Position numbers and translations under genes: made by a program. Positions 60,006-64,000 of a stretch of 64,000 bases of DNA are shown here, piece after piece (within the stretch, counting starts at the first letter, position 1; each line of letters starts with the position of its first letter). The notes under the pieces were generated by a model that was not told the origin of the DNA, made no database searches, and saw only the letters and a program-made list of their open reading frames with translations. Source of the stretch: an uncultured Gemmatimonadales bacterium (GTDB taxonomy: Bacteria; Gemmatimonadota; Gemmatimonadetes; Gemmatimonadales; GWC2-71-9); assembly GCA_963730185.1 (NCBI GenBank), contig CAVSQW010000002.1, positions 128,001 to 192,000 of the forward strand, read 5' to 3'.

Positions 60006-61631
60006 TCAACCGCCTGGCCGGCGGTCCGCCGAAACGATCCCGCATGCGAACCCGGCCGCCTCGTCCGTCGACCCCTGTCCCTGCCAGATCGCCTCCTTCG
60101 GCCAGGCGCAGACCGGGCGGCTGATTGCCACGGCCTTCGTGGGGTCGCTCGGCGGGGCGCCGAGACGGAGCCCGGTGCCGATGAGCTGCTCCGGGGCGGT
60201 GCCCGTCTCCACCCACCGGTCGAGCGCCGCCACCACGTCGCGCTCCGGATTGGGCGGACCGGCGGGCGGCAGCTCCTGGCCGAAGTCCGTCGGACCGATC
60301 CCGCCGGCGCAGTGGCCCATGCCCGGCACCATGAACAGCCGGTAGAAGTCCGGCGTATCGGGGCCGACCGTGGCCGTCACCTGCTCGTAGTACTCGACCG
60401 ACCCGGTCGCGGCGATCGCCGCGTCGCCCCAGCCGTGGTACTGGATCAGCTTCCCGCCGCGGTCACGGAACGGCCGGAGGTCGGGATCGGTGGCGTCGAG
60501 CTCGCCGCCCACCTTCTGGAGCGCCGTGTTCAGGTCGCGATCGAGGTCGAAGGTCCGGTAATCCCAGTCGGCCTGCCCGAACACGAAGTCGCGATAGAAG
60601 CCGATCCCGAACCAGGGGATCAACGGCAGCGGCTGGTTGGGGCTGGCCACCACCCAGAGGCTCCAGTTCCCCGGCACGGCTTCGGCGCCCGGGACCATGC
60701 CGGGATAGATCTGCCGGCCGGTCGCCGGGCTCACGGGGCCCTGATAGAGCTTCTCGAGGGCGGCCAGCTGGTCGGACGTGAGGCAATCGGGGCGGTCGGC
60801 GCCCGGGCAGCGGAGCGACGCCGGATCGAAGCGGCAGCGGGTCGGATTCTCGATCAGTCCGTCGGCCACCTGGTCGAGCCGGTCGCAGGCCGCCAGCGCG
60901 GCGGCCTGGATCGCGGCCAGCTTGGCCACCGGAATGGCGCTGCCCGGGGTCGCGGTGAGCGCCTGCCAGTCCCAGACGGCGGACGTCAGGAGGCGGGTCC
61001 AGTTGCTGGCGGGCGCGCCGGCCACGATCCCGTCGAAATCGGCCGGGTACCGCTGGGCCTCCATCAGCGCCTCGCGGCCTCCATCCGAGCATCCGACGAA
61101 ATAGGACTTGCTCGCCGCCTTGCCGTAGTACGCCTCGACCAGGGCCTTGGCGAACCCCGCCGTCAGGTGCACCGCGCGGTGGCCGAAGTCGACGACCTTC
61201 TCCGGGTGACCGATCGCGAACGTGGGGTCGCCGCCTTGGTGCCCGTCGTCGGTGCCCGCGGTCGCGTAGCCCCGAAGGAGCGCCGACGCGAGCGAGGACG
61301 ACGGGATGGTGCCCGCGTACCCGCCGTTGCCGACCTGCTCGAACTTGCCGTTCCAGGTGGACGGACTCGGCAGCCAGACCTCGAAGCGGATCTCGGAGTC
61401 GGCGGTGGGCGCCGCCACCGCCTGAACGCGGCAGTAGCCCGGGAGGTCGGTGTCGGAACCTGGCATGCCCTCGGCCGGGGCGGTGAAGCGCCCGGCCGCG
61501 ACGTCGGTCGCCGCGGTGATCCGGGCGCCGTCGAGCGTGACGCCGGCCAGGGCGGCGCAATCTCCGGGCGATGCGGACCGAGCGCAGCCGGCGGCCAGGC
61601 CCGTCAGGGCAAGAAGGACGAACGACCGCAT
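60006..61631 (-). CDS. Tannase/feruloyl esterase family lipoprotein
   Basis: AAGC lipobox, WNGKF..GNGG, TDDGH, GCSDGGRE, YHGWGD and PGMGHC. Confidence 0.93.
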   Translation of the reverse strand: MRSFVLLALTGLAAGCARSASPGDCAALAGVTLDGARITAATDVAAGRFTAPAEGMPGSDTDLPGYCRVQAVAAPTADSEIRFEVWLPSPSTWNGKFEQVGNGGYAGTIPSSSLASALLRGYATAGTDDGHQGGDPTFAIGHPEKVVDFGHRAVHLTAGFAKALVEAYYGKAASKSYFVGCSDGGREALMEAQRYPADFDGIVAGAPASNWTRLLTSAVWDWQALTATPGSAIPVAKLAAIQAAALAACDRLDQVADGLIENPTRCRFDPASLRCPGADRPDCLTSDQLAALEKLYQGPVSPATGRQIYPGMVPGAEAVPGNWSLWVVASPNQPLPLIPWFGIGFYRDFVFGQADWDYRTFDLDRDLNTALQKVGGELDATDPDLRPFRDRGGKLIQYHGWGDAAIAATGSVEYYEQVTATVGPDTPDFYRLFMVPGMGHCAGGIGPTDFGQELPPAGPPNPERDVVAALDRWVETGTAPEQLIGTGLRLGAPPSDPTKAVAISRPVCAWPKEAIWQGQGSTDEAAGFACGIVSADRRPGG

Positions 61632-61732
61632 GGGCGACTCTCGGCGAGGGGTTCCCGAGAATCTACTCCTGCGGTCGCGTCGGTGGCACGTCGGGAGGCT
61701 TCCGCGATCGGGTCTCGGTGGCCCGATCGATT

Positions 61733-61771
61733 CACCCCCAAATGTGACTCTGAGAGTGACAAATGGGGGTG
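61733..61771. repeat. Imperfect intergenic palindrome (REP- or operator-like)
   Basis: CACCCCCAAATGTGACTC-tga-GAGTGACAAATGGGGGTG pairs at 15 of 18 positions. Confidence 0.6.
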
Positions 61772-61889
61772 GTGAGACCTGCGACTGGCCGGGGGCGCTT
61801 CTCCTGGTGGCCCGAAGTGCCCGAGCGCTCGCTCCGACGGTGCCGCCGTCTTGCCCGACTGGTCGAGGTCGTCGTAGGCACGCGTGGAG

Positions 61890-62294
61890 CTACTGCCGCG
61901 TGAGGCTCAGTGTCCCCGACGAATTCGACCCGCTCGAGCAGCCGGTCTTGTCGACCAGGATCGGGCCGGTCATCGAGGCGCCGCCGGCGTCGATGGTCAG
62001 GACGCCGCTCCAGAGCTCGCAGCCGTGGCCCACGGCCCACGTGAAGGTCCGGTCCGCCTGGCTGACCGTGCCGGTCAGCGGCTCGCCGTTGATGAAGCCC
62101 GCCGAGGTCCTGAGAGTGCCGGAGACGGCGCCGCCGGTCTGGTCGAGGGTCGCATAGGTGGTGAAGCCGCTGTTGAAGCTCATCACGCCGCTCCACTCAC
62201 CGCTGAGGTCGAGGGCGTCGGGGCCGGTGGATCCACAGGCGGCGAGGAGGCAGAGCGCGAGGGGGGATAGCCAGCGCGTGAGGGACGGGCGCAT
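61890..62294 (-). CDS. Small beta-barrel lipoprotein
   Basis: Lipobox LAAC, DLSGEWSG, LDQTGGAVSGT and a Cys pair. Confidence 0.7.
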   Translation of the reverse strand: MRPSLTRWLSPLALCLLAACGSTGPDALDLSGEWSGVMSFNSGFTTYATLDQTGGAVSGTLRTSAGFINGEPLTGTVSQADRTFTWAVGHGCELWSGVLTIDAGGASMTGPILVDKTGCSSGSNSSGTLSLTRQ

Positions 62295-62425
62295 GGGGAA
62301 GCTCCGCGGGACGAGGGAAGTGGGTGGGACCGAACGCCCCATCTCGCCGTTGGAAGCGACGCCCGGGGCCTGATCCCCTCATCGGGGCGAGGCCACCCAG
62401 TGCCTCCGCTGCGCCGGCCCAGTCC

Positions 62426-63028
62426 TCAGGCCTCCTCGCCGGGCGGATCCCAGCCGCCTCTGGCCACGATCTCCCGCGCCTCCCGCCGCCCGGCCGCCAG
62501 CGCGAACCCGGCCGACAGCGCCAGCGCCGCCAGCGTCGGCCCGAGGTGCTGCCGGACGACGTCGGACGCCGCGCGGCCGGTGAGCGGGCCGGCGAGCGTA
62601 ATCGCGAACCCCAGTGCCGCGGCGACGACGTGGCTGGTGACTTGAAGGCGCGCGACCGCCTCCACCCAGGCCCGGAGCTTGGGATCGTCGGGGTCCTCGG
62701 CCGCGATGATCGTCGGGACGATCAGGCTCGCGACCGGCAGCCAGGCCACCATGACGATCCCGAACACCAGGCTTCCCACGCTCTTGAGGAGGACCAGCGC
62801 GGTGATGATCGTCCCGACCGTGGCGCCGTCGCCGCGACGGACCGCGGGCGGGATCCGCGTCAGCGGCCAGGTCCGCTCGAGCGCGCGCCGCTTCCGGGCA
62901 TGCGACAACTCGCCAAGCCGGCGGAGCCGGGGATGATCGAGCAGGCGCTGCCCGAGCCGCAACGCGCCCAGCGACGCCGCTTCCGACAGCGCGACGGCGG
63001 CGAGCAGGACCATCGAGAAGGAGTGCAT
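62426..63028 (-). CDS. Hypothetical membrane protein (start uncertain, up to 63085)
   Basis: Four to five hydrophobic segments, between the lipoprotein and nagB. Confidence 0.55.
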   Translation of the reverse strand: MHSFSMVLLAAVALSEAASLGALRLGQRLLDHPRLRRLGELSHARKRRALERTWPLTRIPPAVRRGDGATVGTIITALVLLKSVGSLVFGIVMVAWLPVASLIVPTIIAAEDPDDPKLRAWVEAVARLQVTSHVVAAALGFAITLAGPLTGRAASDVVRQHLGPTLAALALSAGFALAAGRREAREIVARGGWDPPGEEA

Positions 63029-63139
63029 GGCTTCGATACATTCGCCCAATGTCGCCCGGAGCGCCATCCGGGACGTCTCGGTCACCTGCGGTGGTGCTCG
63101 TGCATCGTTGGCCCGATCGCACTAGGTTGCGTAGCAACG

Positions 63140-64000
63140 ATGACCGAGCACATCCCTACCGTCATCGCGCCCGACCATGCGCAGCTGGCCCTCGAGGTCG
63201 CCGGCCGGATCGACCGCCTGATCCGTACCCGCGCCGCCGAGGGACGCACCGCCGTGCTCGGGCTGGCCACCGGCTCCACCCCGATCGGCGTCTATCGGGA
63301 GCTGATCCGGCTGCCACCGCGAGGAGGGGCTCTCCTTCGCGAGCGTGGTCACCTTCAACCTCGACGAGTACTACCCGATGGACCCGGGCAACGTGCATTC
63401 GTACCACCGGTTCATGTGGGAGAATCTCTTCGACCACGTCGACATCGCCCCGGAGCAGGTCCACATCCCGCGCGGAGACCTCCCCCGGGCCGAGGCCGCA
63501 CGCTACTGCGCCGGGTACGAGGACGCGATTCGCGGCAGCCGGCGGGATCGACCTGCAGCTGCTGGGCATCGGCAAGACCGGGCACATCGGCTTCAACGAG
63601 CCCGGCTCGGGGCAGGGAAGCCGGACGCGGCTCATCACCCTCGACACCATCACCCGGAAGGACGCCGCCGCCGACTTCTTCGGCGAGGAGTTCGTGCCCC
63701 GCCAGGCGATCACGATGGGCATCGCCACGATCCTGGAGGCCCGGGCGATCGCCATTCTCGCCACCGGCGAGCACAAGGCCGCCATCGTCCGCCGGGCGGT
63801 CGAGGGCGAGATCGACACCGAGGTCGCCGCCACGTTCCTCCAGCGGCACGCCGACACCACCTTCTACCTCGACCCGGCCGCCGCCGCGGACCTGACCCGC
63901 GGTCGCCACGCCCTGGCTGCTGGACGAGGTGGAGTGGGACGACGACCTGGCGGTCCGCGCCGTGACCTGGCTCTCGCTCGAGACCGGCCGGGCCATCCTG
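63140..64000 (+). CDS. nagB: Glucosamine-6-phosphate deaminase, long form, partial, with three single-base insertions
   Basis: VLGLATGSTPIGVY, TFNLDEYY, QLLGIGKTGHIGFNEPGS and AITMGIATI occur in successive frames. Continues TPWL..VEW beyond the NagB domain. Confidence 0.9.

Overview
High-GC bacterial chromosomal segment; gene content and order suggest Gemmatimonadota (inference). Bases 1-42.9 kb are mostly + strand housekeeping operons: mazG (minus), alr-deoB-cdd-lipoprotein/outer-membrane barrel-miaB-comFB, comEC, fbp, methylmalonyl-CoA mutase, argS-pfkB-purM-ribDEBAH-nusB-GT4-hpf-hprK-mannose-type PTS-ptsH-ptsI, metK, a cobalamin-riboswitch ABC importer followed by two lipoproteins, recO-selB, clpB and tadA. 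Bases 42.9-48.8 kb are small gene units separated by palindromic repeats, ending at tRNA-Ser(CGA). Gene debris and a run of mostly exported hydrolases follow, then nagB. The strongest novelty candidates are: (1) two near-identical CAA/TTG-tailed palindromes that bracket a self-regulated cupin + NemR-like TetR cassette, with one copy replacing the TetR stop codon; (2) a divergent DUF2231 / membrane-anchored LuxR pair with twin operator boxes; (3) a BtuG-like beta-propeller lipoprotein behind the B12 operon. Clusters of single-base indels (fbp/mutase, ptsH/ptsI, nagB and others) look like sequencing errors. All product calls come from motif recognition by eye; no database searches were run.
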